From Octopus sinensis (Eukaryota), in assembly GCF_006345805.1 (NCBI RefSeq), contig NC_043006.1, positions 64,294,001 through 64,358,000 of the forward strand: a stretch of DNA of 64,000 nucleotides, written 5' to 3'. The stretch's first letter is position 1. Each line of letters opens with the position of its first letter. Below, piece after piece: positions 35,915 to 48,990 of the stretch. The position numbers and the translations under genes were made by a program. The notes beneath the pieces were generated by a model, which saw only the letters and a list, made by a program, of their open reading frames with translations, ran no database searches and was not told where the DNA came from.

Positions 35915-36190
35915 CCGATCAAACAGACCTGTGGTCAAAGTTATTCCAGCTCAATTTGAAACTGACTTTTGACCAGAGTTATTCCAGATTAGGCCAAACA
36001 GACACATGATCAAGGTTATTCCAATCTGATCAAACAGAAGCAATAATCAAAGTTATTCAAGGCCCAATCGAATATATGTGGGATCAAAGTTACTTAAGCT
36101 GAGATCAAACAGACCTATGATTAAAGTTATTATTAACCTGATCACATGGATTTATGATCAAAGTTATTCCAGGCCTGATCAAATATGGCT
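35915..36190 (+). repeat. Degenerate minisatellite, ~35-40-nt unit, about 7 copies
   Basis: Repeats of gatcaaacagacctatgatcaaagttattccagg with substitutions and indels. Confidence 0.75.
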
Positions 36191-37489
36191 AAGTTTTCAA
36201 GTTTTCTTCTTTTTGTGGTCATGTAGAACTAAATTATCTAAAGAGTCCTTTTTAAACAAAAAAACATCATGGTGTATTTGAGGGAGATTTGGCTACTGTT
36301 TGTAGTCGGTGTAGTGACAATGTAGGGGCTTCCGAGTTGGTCGTATCCAGTAAATTTACTTAAAAGAACATTTCATTACAACCATACCTCACCATGTACT
36401 TTTCAAAATACTGTAAAGCGGAAGGAGGTACAGTTCAAACCCAAAAGTGACATTTCATTGGCTCTCGTTAGTGAAACTGCTTTCTTATTTGCAACGAGGG
36501 ATTTTCTATGCACTCACTGAGCATACTAGGAAAAGCTTTCTAATTTCCCTGGAACCATTATCTAATGTCTTAAAAATAAATGGAAGCACACACCAATCAG
36601 TAAGGTAGTCTAAGATACATTATATCATCAGGAAAAAGAAAACGAAATGTCATCGTTGGAATTCCTGTGTTCATAGATACGCTCAGTCGAGGCCAAAGAC
36701 CACACTTACATTACTATTATTCTTAATGACAACTGACAATGATGACAACAACTACAACAGTGGAGGCGCAATGGCCCAGTGGTTAATGCAGCAGACTCGT
36801 GGTCGTAAGAACGCGGTTTCGATTCCCAGACCGGGCATTATGAGTGTTTATTGAGCAAAAACACCTAAGCTCCACAAGGCTCTGTCGGGGGTGCCCGCTG
36901 TGCTCTTTCACCACAACTTTCTCTCACTCTTTCTTCCTACTTCTGCCACAAAGCAGAGGAACCATGGTGTAAGCCACTATGGTGTGGTAAACTTTCAAAC
37001 CCTAGTCTAAATTGCAAATCCTCTGTACCCCAGGATGGTTCAGCACTCCATACGTTAAAATCCACCATTCACGGAATGAGGATAACAACGTAGCTTTCAT
37101 GCCCGTGCAACCGCCAGTCTATCACGCATTCTTAGTAGCTTAGAGTAGGCTCGAATTCGAGATTATTCTTTGTGGCTAATAGCATGAATCCTGACTGGAA
37201 GAAGAAGACAACTACAACATGAAGGACAAAGGCAGACTAACATGGCTGGGGGTGGGCAAGAGGGGCCGTCCATCCAGGTAACACTTTTATGGAGAAAGCG
37301 CTTTTGAGTCTACTTAAATCCTTAAAATCCTTGAAAATGTTTTAGCCTGAAGGCAGCGGCCATGCTGGGGCACCACCGCTGTATAATTCTGTATCGGCTT
37401 GTTGAGGGACAGGGGCTGGAGGTGGTGGCAGAAAACTCGAGGGTTGCCATGAGCGGCACACACTCTAGCTATGCCACTACAGTGGAACC

Positions 37490-37655
37490 ACCACCAACAA
37501 CAGTAACAACACCAAAATAACAAACAACAACTATTAACATCATTACTAACAACATCAACACCAGCAACTACTACCACTACTACTACTACGACGACCACAA
37601 CCACCACCACCTCCACCACAACCACCACCACCACAACCACCACCACCACTATTAC
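37490..37655. repeat. Compound trinucleotide repeat (AAC/ACT/ACC)n
   Basis: Directly visible; explains the poly-Val ORF 37314-37739. Confidence 0.9.
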
Positions 37656-38244
37656 TGTTGCTATTTTAATAAATCCTTTAGTCACAACCTGATATTTTGA
37701 AAGAGGGAGCTTGATGATTACATTGACCCAAGAATTCAACTGGTACTTATTTTATCGATCCCGAAAGGATGAAAGGCAAAGTCGACCTCGGTGGAATTTG
37801 AATTCAGAACGTAAAGACGAACAAATGAGTAATCAAATATTGATTAGCATTTTTCCACTCATTATATCCAGTAAATTAGCATACACTTAACTATATGTTC
37901 ATCATGCAGAAGGTTTCCCTGGAAAGTTTCCTCGTGTCTTTTTATGTCGTTTCTTTGTACTGCATATCCACAATAACCACTTGAATTCCAAAATAATTTA
38001 CAAAAAGGATTAAATCAATGCTAAATAATATCAACAACATCAACAACAACAAAATTTCAAAGTAAAGGCTTAATGTAAAGAATTTAAATTTTAAAAATAG
38101 CTGTTTACTTCACATGAAGTTATTACCTAATGGGCATAACAAAATTTATTCATAAAACTGAATGCAAGAAAATATAAAGCTGTGTTTGTATGTGTGGGTG
38201 TATGTGTGGTGGGGTGGGGCGAAGAGAGAGATAGAGAGTGAGAC

Positions 38245-38281
<37 letters not shown>

Positions 38282-38580
38282 TGAACAATAAGGTTGTGGG
38301 AAAATGATTCAGAGGAAACGTTCTACATACAAAACACACACACACACACTTACACACACACACATATATAAACACATACATACAAAATTAGACACATCCA
38401 CATTTATATCACTTTCTATACATATGTGTGTATGTATATGTATGTATATATATATATGTGTGTGTGTGTGTATGTGTGTGTGTATATATATATGTATATG
38501 TATGCACACACACATGCATACATACATATATATATATATACATATACATATATATACATATACATATATATATATATATA

Positions 38581-39150
38581 TATTGGCTTGTCCGGAAAGT
38601 TCGTGCCAATTTTTAAAGGAAAAATAAAGGTCAATAAATACTTGGCATTACATTTTTAAACAACCAAATATGAACCATTTTGTTGCACAATGCATCTCCA
38701 TCTTTCTTTTAACTTGAAAATATCCTCTTCCCAGAAGTGAGGTGGTTTCATGGCAAATAATTCATCAAGGTATCTTTTTACATCATCCAAGGAATTGAAG
38801 TTTTTACCATTAAGACTATTCTGCAGAAACCTGAATAAGTGGAAATCTGAAGGAGCAATATCTGGTGAATATGGAGGGTGGGGTAGCACATCCCAGCCGA
38901 GCTGCAGCAATTTTTGTCTGGTTCCCAAAGCATCAAGTACCAAAAATGAACTTTCTTATCTTCCATTTTAATGGGTTACAGAATTAACACAGGTTATAAG
39001 AACATAAACCTTCTTCCACAAAAACATAGCTTAAACTGTGCTCTAAATGGAGGTGTAGTCAAATCCTATTTTATGGACTCAACCATGTCCTAAAATAAGT
39101 TGAAAGGCAAGCTACTATAAATCGGCACGTACTTTCCAGACAACCCAATA
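38581..39150 (-). mobile_element. Internally deleted mariner with both TIRs
   Basis: ORF 38656-38943 WDVLPHPPYSPDIAPSDFHLF...; TIRs ttggcttgtccggaaagttcgtgcc (38583) and ggcacgtactttccagacaacccaa (~39125-39149), TA-flanked. Confidence 0.92.
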
Positions 39151-39229
39151 TATATATATATATATATATAATACACACACACACATACATATATAGACAC
39201 ATAATACAGATATATACTTGTATATAAAT

Positions 39230-39261
<32 letters not shown>

Positions 39262-39839
39262 GTATATGTGTACATAAACATTCATTGGACAATAAACTTT
39301 GCTTGTGAAGACCTATTGAGGCAAGTGAAATCAAAATCGTTGACGTGGCCGATAACAGTACTGCCTGTGCCAGTGGAACGATAAAACCACATCTGAGTGT
39401 GGTTGTTGCCAGGGTCACAGATTGGCTCCCATGCCTGTGACACGTGAAAAGCACCATTCGAGTGTGATCATTGCCAAGCATTGCCTTACCGGCACATGTG
39501 CCGGTGGTATGTGAAAAACAATATTCAAGCGTGGTTGTTGCCAGACTGGCTCCCGTGCAAGTATTATGTAAAAACACCTTTTGAGTGTGGTCGTTGCCAG
39601 AACCACCTGACTGGCCCTCATGCTGGTGGCACGTAAAAGCACCCACTACACTCTCGGAGTGGTTGGTGTTAGGAAGGGCAACCAGCTGTAGAAACTCTGC
39701 CAGATCAGATTGAGCCTGGTGCAGCCTCTGACGCACCAGTCCTCAGTCAAAAACCTTCCAACCTAGCATGGAAAGCGGATGTTAAACAATGATGATGATG
39801 ATGATGACACACACATACACTTACACATATACTCATGCA

Positions 39840-40170
39840 TAATATACTTTTGCACTTTTTACATCTTTCCTCTTAAGATGTAATTCCTCCCTGCCCTGGA
39901 TCTCACTTGCATGATAAACACATACATAAGTATGGCAAGACCAAGGTTCCTCTTCCTCCTTTACATTAAAGCTCTTCAAAAGAGGATACAGTTGTGTGGG
40001 TGACCGGAAGTTCACAACTACTCCTAAAGGTCCGCCATTTTCTGTGTACCCACCCATGCGAGAAAAATACAGAAATGAAGGTTTTACATTGTGAAAGGTG
40101 AGCCAACATGTGGTACTTCGATTGCCAAACCGAAAAGTCTGTTCAATGTTTTGTGGTTCCAAGAACTTTG
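39840..40170 (-). mobile_element. Possible LINE ORF1 (gag-like) relic
   Basis: RFGNRSTTCWLTF...GVVVNFRSPTQLY resembles the region preceding the CCHC knuckles of I/Jockey-group ORF1; the knuckles themselves are eroded. Confidence 0.35.
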
Positions 40171-41152
40171 ACTCATGCGTTGAAGTAAGCTAACAGAAAA
40201 AAATAAATCTAATGGAACTCAACGTGTTGAAAGAAGAAATTTTAATAGGGTTCTGGTTTTTAAGTGTCTGAAACTCTTGAACTGGCAGTAAGACAAGAAA
40301 AATATTTAAAAAATAATGAAAAATATGAACAGAGATATCAAACCCCACATGTTTCAAGTATCCTTGTCCCATGTGCACTTATATACATATATGTATATAA
40401 ATATATGTGTATATGCATATGTACTCACACTATGTACTCACTATAAGTACTCACACAACAATACCTCCCACACACAAATACATACAGACGTACGCACATA
40501 CATACACCCCTTCTCCACACACATTCACACACATATCGATTTCCATGGGTATTAATACCCACTTTTTTCTGTTGAGGGCTTATATGCCCCAAAATGAGAC
40601 TATTTTCTTGGGCCAATACATGGTTATCACTTATGGGCTTTAAGCTTTTGTTTATTGATTATTATTATTTTCAGAACTTTCACTTGTCACTGCTTCTCCA
40701 TTTAACACATCATACACACACACACACACATCCTATCTATCTCCCTCTTCTATCTTTTCTCTTGTCAAAGAAAATATTTCTTCAGCATTCGTTATTTTAC
40801 CCTCATTCTAGCCTAATGACCCTCCATGTTTATTTTTGTTCGGTTTCCTTGTATGTCTCCACTGTCCTGTTTTTGTTCCCAACTTTTACTTTCCATAAAT
40901 CCAAAATTTTATTTTGGTATTTCTGGCAGCAACTGCCTTCAAAGACTCATATTGTCATTCAATGCTCGAAATGAGGAGTAGATAGGCCGTCGACAACTGA
41001 TGAAGGGTCATTCTTTATGTTACTTGTCCTGTGTTCCATTTGATTCTCTCGTTGTTTGCGTATTGGACTCATTTGTTTTCGTATTTCATGTTGCTTACAG
41101 TTAGTGACGTCCTGCACCCATATATGCATATATATATATAATTTTTTTTTCA

Positions 41153-41269
41153 TAATGAGATAAAAAACCAAGGCTGTGTAGATTTTAGAACATTTATAGA
41201 TAGAAAGTCTTACAGCTTCTATCTATAAATGTTCTAAAATTTACACAGCCTTGGTTTTTTATCTCATTA
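41153..41269. repeat. 117-bp hairpin, 53-bp arms, 11-nt loop
   Basis: taatgagataaaaaaccaaggctgtgta...tagatagaa is mirrored at 41217-41269. Confidence 0.85.
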
Positions 41270-41422
41270 AAAAAAAAAATTTATATACATACGCTGACAT
41301 ATGACCAACATTGAACCCTTATTCACATAATCAACAAACCTGGAACTTAACTATGGTCTATCTAGCACTTATTTAGCATACCTGACACCTTTGAGTCTCA
41401 ATGACACCATTACTTCTCATAA

Positions 41423-41475
<53 letters not shown>

Positions 41476-41479
41476 TATA

Positions 41480-41530
<51 letters not shown>

Positions 41531-41559
41531 TATATATATTAATATATATATATTACACA

Positions 41560-41640
41560 TATATAATACAAATAAGAAAATGGAGAAACAAATTTAGTTT
41601 GTTCATCAACTTTCAGATACTAGAATGTTGGATAATAATA

Positions 41641-41678
<38 letters not shown>

Positions 41679-42459
41679 TCAATAATTGATTATTATTTAT
41701 CTGGTCATAAGCATAGCCGTGTTTATATGTTCCAATATATGTATAGATATGTATATGACGTATGGTATATCTACTTGGACCTATTGTTTAATTGTGTTTA
41801 TTTATGTATTTTGCACATGTAAAAGTACATACACTTTGCTTATGTATGTATATGTGTATATATGTATATGTCTATATGAATATTTGTTCATATTTTTTAT
41901 ATATATTTATATATATTAAATAATACGTGTATCATGTTTAATGTATTAATATTAATATTTTTAAAGTTCCTTATAACCTCTAATGAGGCCTATGGTTATA
42001 ATATAAGTACCATATTCTTCCAATGCCTACCACTTCATTATGTTGACAAATATAGGCAATAGAAATAAAATAACTATTTTAGCCATAGGCTGAAACAGCT
42101 GTAAGAAGTGATTTTAATGATTTCATAATTTATATTATGATTTTTATAATTGTATTCTATCTTATATGCATTGAATTATAAGATATAGTATATGATATTG
42201 AGGTTCTCATTTTGTTGAAATGAATAAATAATCCAACATTATAAATCTGAAAGTTGATGAACACACTTAATTTATTTCTCCATTTTCTTATTGTATTATA
42301 CATTACGGTAAAAATATTTCTTTATCTTCAGCCATTAATACAATAAATGAGTTAATTGCATTGCAATTAAAAACATTTATTGTATTAAGAACTGGGTAAT
42401 TACAACCAGTATATTGGATAAATACTATCCATAGGGTTACACCCCATAACCCCTATCTT
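41560..42459 (+). mobile_element. Non-autonomous element with inverted segments (41566-41632 vs ~42230-42300) enclosing a hammerhead-like motif; probably Penelope-related
   Basis: Inverted repeat visible by eye; shares sequence with 19735-20175 and, in the HHR region, with 15840-16060. Confidence 0.6.
41975..42105 (+). ncRNA. Hammerhead-like motif with a long stem II and a G5>A core change
   Basis: CUAAUGA 41980-41986; GGCCUAUGG/CCAUAGGCU 9-bp stem II; GAAAC-AGCU-GUA 42092-42103. Confidence 0.5.
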
Positions 42460-42559
42460 NNNNNNNNNNNNNNNNNNNNNNNNNNNNNNNNNNNNNNNNN
42501 NNNNNNNNNNNNNNNNNNNNNNNNNNNNNNNNNNNNNNNNNNNNNNNNNNNNNNNNNNN
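42460..42559. other. Assembly gap (100 N)
   Basis: Run of N; the round length suggests an unknown-size scaffold gap. Confidence 0.99.
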
Positions 42560-44849
42560 TTGGCTTTTTTCAAAAGTTCCACATATAGGCACAGGTATGG
42601 CAGGGTGGTAAGAAGTTTACTTTTAAAATACATGTTCCAGGTTCAGTTCCACTGTGTGGCACATAGGATAAGTGTCTTCTACAAGAGTCTCAAGCCAACA
42701 GAAGCCTTGTAATTAAATTTAGTAGGCGGAAACTGAAAGAAGCCCGTCGTATATTTATACATATAGGCGCAGGTATGGCTGGGTGGTAAGAAGTTTACTT
42801 TTAAAATACATGTTCCAGGTTCAGTTCCACTGTGTGGCACATAGGATAATTGTCTTCTACTAGAGTCTCAAGCCATTTTCATTTGATACCGCTAGAAAAA
42901 AATCCCATTTTCCGTAGCGGTGTCGTATGAAATTGTCACCCATAATTATAACCCTAGTATCGATCTATTGCATTTTAATCTATTTTAGATTTAGGGTTAG
43001 AGTTAGGGTTAGGGGTGGGGGGAGGGTATCTTTTTTCTTCACAAATGTAAATAAACCCAATCTGTTTCTTAAAGGAGGGACATATTCATTATGCACAGAA
43101 TGTTATTTACCTAAATGGACGTCAGCGATTGGTTAAAATTGCCGAAATGCTCGAATTTAAAGACGAAATATCTTACAACATATAGAATTTTCTCAATAAA
43201 GCCAAGAAAAAATGATGTTTTATAAACACATTCTACCAGTATACGAAGTTTAAAACTTTTTAGTTACCTAGAAATTATGTTGCAAAGTGCCATTCAAAAG
43301 GAAAAGATCCGAAGGGCCATGCCGGAGAGAAGATCGAGGAAGACATCGGAAGAAAAGGTGGGAATTGATCTTACGGTGTTAGATTTTATTAAGGAGATGT
43401 GAAAGGATCACAACGAATGACATGATTTATTAGTCTAAGTATAGTAATCTGTATGAAAAGCACATATTAATGCGGACTGTACTGATTTTACAGAGTTACA
43501 AAGTTGATGGATATTGCAGAAAGTGTCTTCATTGTTGGATGGTTGGGAAAATTGTATGACATTAAGACATTCGTCTCAATCAATTTTACGGCACACCAAC
43601 TACCACGCATGCAATTATGATCACCAGTTAAAACGAACAATGCCTTATGAGACCAATTATATCAAAACAGATTATGTAAGCATAATTTATAGTGGCTATA
43701 TGTCAACTGTCACAAAGGTGTGGCTTTATGTACTCGATTATTCTTCATGGATCAACAATAACCAGGTGAAGCCAATTAAAAAAATACTGACTCACTACGC
43801 ATGGAAAATAAAATATATTCTAAAGTGAAAAATTACACATACACGCATTCTTATGCATGACTATTACTTATCTATTTATTCCTGCATAACAAAATCAAAA
43901 AAATATAGCAATTTTTTTTTCGAAACGTTCAAGCATTATATAATTGATATTTTTATAACACCCACAACACACTTAAATTGTAAAAGACTCACCGTTTGAA
44001 AACCACCGAGTTGTGTCACCAGCGTCTGCAGGTGGAGATATATTTAACATCAATGGCTACAAATAAAAGCTCAGGCCTTTGATCATTATTGCTGCTGTTG
44101 TCGTTTATCCTTCACATCAACTTTGGATGATGTGTTTTAGGAGTATGTCTCAGCCTACATTAGATCGTCCTCATTGCTGGTTGGTGTTTTAGCTCCAGGT
44201 CAGTTTTGATCAAGCAGGTCTGTCATGAAAGGCGTTCCAGTAATGGCCATCCTGTCACTTCAAACATATTTCGTCTGAAACTACAACATCCCGTATGTGC
44301 TTTCCTTTATTTTTTTCTTAAAGGCGGTGATATGTGATTTGAGTGGAAAAAGGACTGCTAATACTTTCAGGTATTTGTGTGCTGTGGCGGCGAGCTGGCA
44401 GAAACGTTAGCACGCCGGGCGAAATACTTAACGGTATTTCACTTGTCGTTACGTTGTGAGTTCAAATTCCGCCGAGGTTGACTTTGCCTTTCATCCTTTC
44501 GGGGTCGATAAATTAAGTACCAGTTACGCACTGGGGTCGATGTAATCGACTTAATACCTATGTCTGTCCTTGTTTGTCCCCTCTATGTTTAGCCCCTTGT
44601 GGGTAATAAAGAAATAGGTATTTGTGTGCTGTCAATCGATGAGAGTGATTCATTTCTTTTTTTAAGGAGACAAATTATTGTCAAATTTTGATTTAAATCC
44701 CTAAGTTTTTGCAGTCAAAATTATCTGCAAATCTCGATCAGTTATCACTGACCTATAAACGGGTTTACTTCTTCTTTGGAAATGGTTTTTCAAATAAATA
44801 GGATATATATGACGAATGATGGCGCCCACTCTCGAGTAGAGGATTTTAA

Positions 44850-46350
44850 GGAAATAAAGCCATGAATAAAGATTAATCAGGTTTTCCTTTTTGCACTTGT
44901 CTTTTAATGTGTCATTTAACTGTAAGTTAACTTTCAGTGGAAGATCCAGTAATAGTACTTTGTTGATGCAGTTAATTATGAAGGATTTTTAATATCTCTG
45001 TTTTCAACAAGGTCTGGAAAAACGTTATTGAAACTGTAGCGTCATATTAGCGAGATGTTCTGGACAAATTCGAAAGGACAGAGAATTCATTAACTTGTAT
45101 TCCTTTGTTATATTTTAAACATGTTATTTATCGTTAGCCGAGGGCACAAAAAAAAAATGAGAGATTAATTTGCGTTTAAAAGCGTTCGCTTTAGAGTATT
45201 TGTCGCACATAAGCTTCGAATCGCTTTATAATCTGAGAATTGAGCTCGTTAAGATGCCTCATTAAGTCAGCTGAGAGTGTCAGTTTTAACAACATTCACT
45301 GGTAGTTGCAAATAGCTACTAAGCATGATATTTCTCATTGAAATATTAAAGAAATGTTAATCTCCATTCGAAGTTCGAAACAGTCCTCAGATATATTTAA
45401 GTCATCTCATAGCAAAATGGTATCATTTGATTCAGCTTCCATTTCTTCCAAAAATAATCGAAACTGACGATAGTTGAGTGCATACGATGGGTGACATGAC
45501 ATATTTATGTATTTTCTGCAACGCCCCTATCAATGACTGATGTCACGAAACACAATAGATTTTGTACACCCAAAACTCTCACGTGGTTCGTAGTCTTGTC
45601 CAATGAAACGTTTTTCTACGCCTCATACAATTTTTTTCTATACCATCTGTTGTGGTATCCTTTAGACATTTCCAAACTAGATTGTACTTCGTCAATGTTT
45701 TTTCTACCTCTTTGAAAATGTCTTCAGTAGTTGTTGTTCCATGCATATTTCTCGCAGAAGATAGTTCTTCTATCACTTCAAAGTTAGCATTAATTCCCCG
45801 GATGAACAACTACAATGCTAAATTGTCTGACATATTTGTTGATTCATAAAGACGTAGAGAAAAACTTCTCGGAAATCTTGTAGTTTATTGTTTAATTTGC
45901 AAAGTATGATATCTCATATGTTTTAAGTCACTAAGTTACAGGTTTTTGCACAAACAATGATATAACTGAATAAATTTTTTTTTCTGAACATATTTCTTCC
46001 ACTATTCATATTATACAAGATTTAAATACTTCACCGCCAGAAAACGGCTTTCCTTTCTTAACAAACAAATAAGTCACTCTCAAATTAGCTTGAATATTGT
46101 TGGGACAAACTATTCCATTTCAAGTCTTCATATTTCTTGCGACCTAGATTTCCTTTTATATGAAAACAGTAAGATATATGCTTTGTTTGGTGATGCCTGC
46201 ACACGTTTCTTTAACAATGCAATAGTGTAATTGTAGATCACACACAATACATTTTGTTTTGTCAATTACAAAATACTCTACTCTCTCTTATGTTCTTTAA
46301 GGATGCAACATTCAGAGTAAAAACCTCTCGCCTTTTCCCTTCTGGAATTA
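44850..46350 (-). mobile_element. Decayed hAT (Charlie/Buster/SPIN-like) transposase
   Basis: ORF 45579-45809 FIRGINANFEVIEEL...MHGTTTTEDIFKEVEKTL...TTTDG; ADLMRHLNELN at ~45250; boundaries approximate. Confidence 0.8.
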
Positions 46351-46772
46351 TGTAACGTGTTCTTTATACGAAGGTATTAAAATGCAGGTCGAAAATGGTC
46401 AAAGTACAGCATTGATATTACATACATAATAAATTTAGAATTACAATATTAACAAAAATAAAGTTTACATAAAAACATTTATATTTTCACGTTTATAAAA
46501 TCAAATGTTCTGATCGACAGAAGACATTGTTATTTACGTATATGACCTGTTGGACAGTGATACGGCCATATTGTTCTTTCTCGCTTCTTTTAAATGTGAC
46601 CTGCTATTTAAGAAGCTGAAAATATGAGTGGACAAACGATCTTTTCAATTATGATTTTTGGCCCAATATTGCGGAACAAATAGTAATAACGGGTAACTGC
46701 TCAAACAGCCAGGTGTTTTGTGAAAGAGGAAAAGATTTTCTTGAGTTTCTTCTTACACACACACCACACACA

Positions 46773-46815
<43 letters not shown>

Positions 46816-46859
46816 CACACACACACAGAATAATCGATTAAGGAAACAGAAGATGGGTT

Positions 46860-47060
46860 TGGTATTAGTCTTTATTCCGTACGACGATCGTTTAGACCCA
46901 TCCTGCGACTGTCCCTTATGTCTGGGATGATATGCATCACATTGGGTTGCATCAATTTTGCAGTCTAGGTGAAGTCGAGTACATGCATACAACAGAAATA
47001 TACCCCACCTGTGGACGACGCCAGGTAGCCCAAACTGTGCCAGTGCTTGTCTCAACACAT
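46860..47060 (-). mobile_element. Gypsy-type integrase relic
   Basis: LRQALAQFGLPGVV ... AYHP..KGQ matches the FG.P...SD.G ... YHP.SNG.AER integrase core, with frameshifts. Confidence 0.6.
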
Positions 47061-47172
47061 CATCACACTAATTGACAAATACCCATTACTTCAAAAATTG
47101 CATACATACATACATACATATATACATACATACAAATACATACATACATACATACATACATACATACATACA

Positions 47173-47205
<33 letters not shown>

Positions 47206-47608
47206 TCGTGAAAGCGCATAGCTCAGCGGTTAAGGTGTTGCACTCACGATTGCAAGATCGTGGGGTTCGATTCCCAGACCGGGCGTTGTATTGTGTTCTT
47301 GAGCAAAGCACTTCATTTCACGTTGTTCTGCGATCATTTCGTCATCTGACATGTGGCACCCGTTGCACCTGTACAGGTAATGTCGATTTGATGGAGGGGC
47401 TGAGCTTATGTGTACACAAGCATCTGATCACTATAAATAAATCATCTGTGTGGTTGTTCAGTAAGAAATTGTTGAACCCTCAATACGTCGTCTAACGATG
47501 GGAGAGTCCATCATATATATCATGATACACACACACAATATATATACATACATATCGTTAGCTCCTACACGCATTTTTTTCTCTCCTTGTTTTTTTTTTT
47601 TCTGTGTA

Positions 47609-47646
47609 TCTTTCTGTCGAAGAGCGTAGGCTCGAAACGTAAAAGA
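47609..47646 (+). ncRNA. 38-nt minimal hammerhead-like motif with variant core CUGUCGA
   Basis: UCUUU-CUGUCGA-A-GAGC(GUAG)GCUC-GAAAC-GUA|AAAGA: perfect 5-bp stem I, 4-bp stem II, loopless ACGU stem III. Confidence 0.65.
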
Positions 47647-47772
47647 CTTGTTCTATTTCTATTCCAGAGCGCTATACTAATACATTTGTTTGTTTGTACT
47701 CCACCTGCCTTCGTCTTTTGTTTATTTTCGTAAACCTTCCCGTTATATATATATATATATATATTATATATA

Positions 47773-47803
<31 letters not shown>

Positions 47804-48072
47804 ATATATATTATATAGTTAATCCAAACAAGAAAACACAGAAAAAAACAGCAACGCGAGGACGTGGAACAATTAAAGTATTATTTGACGCTCAGGAAAG
47901 AAGGGAAGGAGATATAAATTTTTAACTTCTTGCCTAGTGCGAGCCCACAGCAATATCATATCTTCTCCATATTTCAGTATTACGTGTCAAAATTGAAACA
48001 ATAACATCTCTCTAGTGTAATGTCAGATACTTTCACTTTAATATCTTCACTTTAATACTGAAACTTTAAGAC

Positions 48073-48200
48073 GGATGACCTGTAAGTGGACATCCATTAT
48101 GCTAGAAGAATATCTGCTATGGTTTTACCACTAACAAAGGAATGGTAAGACCATAGCGGATCTTCTTCTAGCATAATGGATGTCTACTTACAGGTCATCC
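48073..48200. repeat. 128-bp hairpin, 58-bp arms, 12-nt loop
   Basis: 48073-48130 vs 48143-48200 with 4 differences. Confidence 0.9.
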
Positions 48201-48387
48201 CTCCTATATGTATGTAATATAATTTTTTTCTGAAACTTCAGATTTTTCAATATGCTACATAACTGGTTTTAAATTGATATTACTCAAATTGATATTCAAT
48301 TTTTCACCCTAATTATTTTAAATTTAAATTTACATGTATATAGATATAGATGTATATATATAGATGTATATATATGGATGTATATAT

Positions 48388-48479
<92 letters not shown>

Positions 48480-48679
48480 TAGATGTATCTGATACATGTA
48501 TATGTATAGCTGTATATGCATAGATGTATATGTATAGATGTATTTCTATAGATATAGATGTATATGTATACATGAATATGTGTAGATGTATATATATAGA
48601 TGTACATTTAATATGCACAGATATATATACACATATATGCATGCATACATATATACACACATACATACACACACATATA

Positions 48680-48990
48680 CATAGGTGCAGGTGTGGCTGT
48701 GTAGTAACAAACTTGGTTCCAAAACACTTGGTCCTGGGTTCAGTCCCACTGTGTGGTGACTTGGCATGTGTCTTCTGCTATAGCCTCAAACCAACCAAAG
48801 CCTTGTCAGTGGATTTTGTCGACAGAAACTGAAAGAAATCAATTGTATATATATATATATGTATGTATATATGTAAGTGTATGTGTGTGTCTTTGTCTCT
48901 GTGTTTCGCCATCATCACTGTTTCACAACTGCTGTTCGTTTATTTACATACCCATAACTTACTGGTTTCACAAGAAGAAACTAATAGAAT
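48680..48990 (+). mobile_element. CORE-like tRNA SINE. Other copies near 1940-2110, 4480-4630, 24880-25270, 26890-27120, 34050-34690, 42581-42875
   Basis: Recurrent gtggctgtgtggtaagaag...ggttcagtcccactg...ttgggcaagtgtcttctactatagcc...gtggatttggtagacggaaactgaaagaagccc block followed by (TA/TG)n. Confidence 0.75.

Noticed and set aside
36388-36410. Minus-strand 18/23-nt micro-exon candidate (YFEKYM)
   Set aside because: It is isolated, and such signals are expected by chance in 50 kb without transcript evidence.
40960-41010. CTGATGAAGGG (and CTGAAGAAGGGG on minus near 60720) as hammerhead cores
   Set aside because: No complementary stem II or downstream GAAA-NUH could be found.
42581-42875. 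115-bp direct repeat next to the gap
   Set aside because: It is two adjacent CORE-like SINE heads with about four differences; a local duplication or gap-edge effect with no sign of function.
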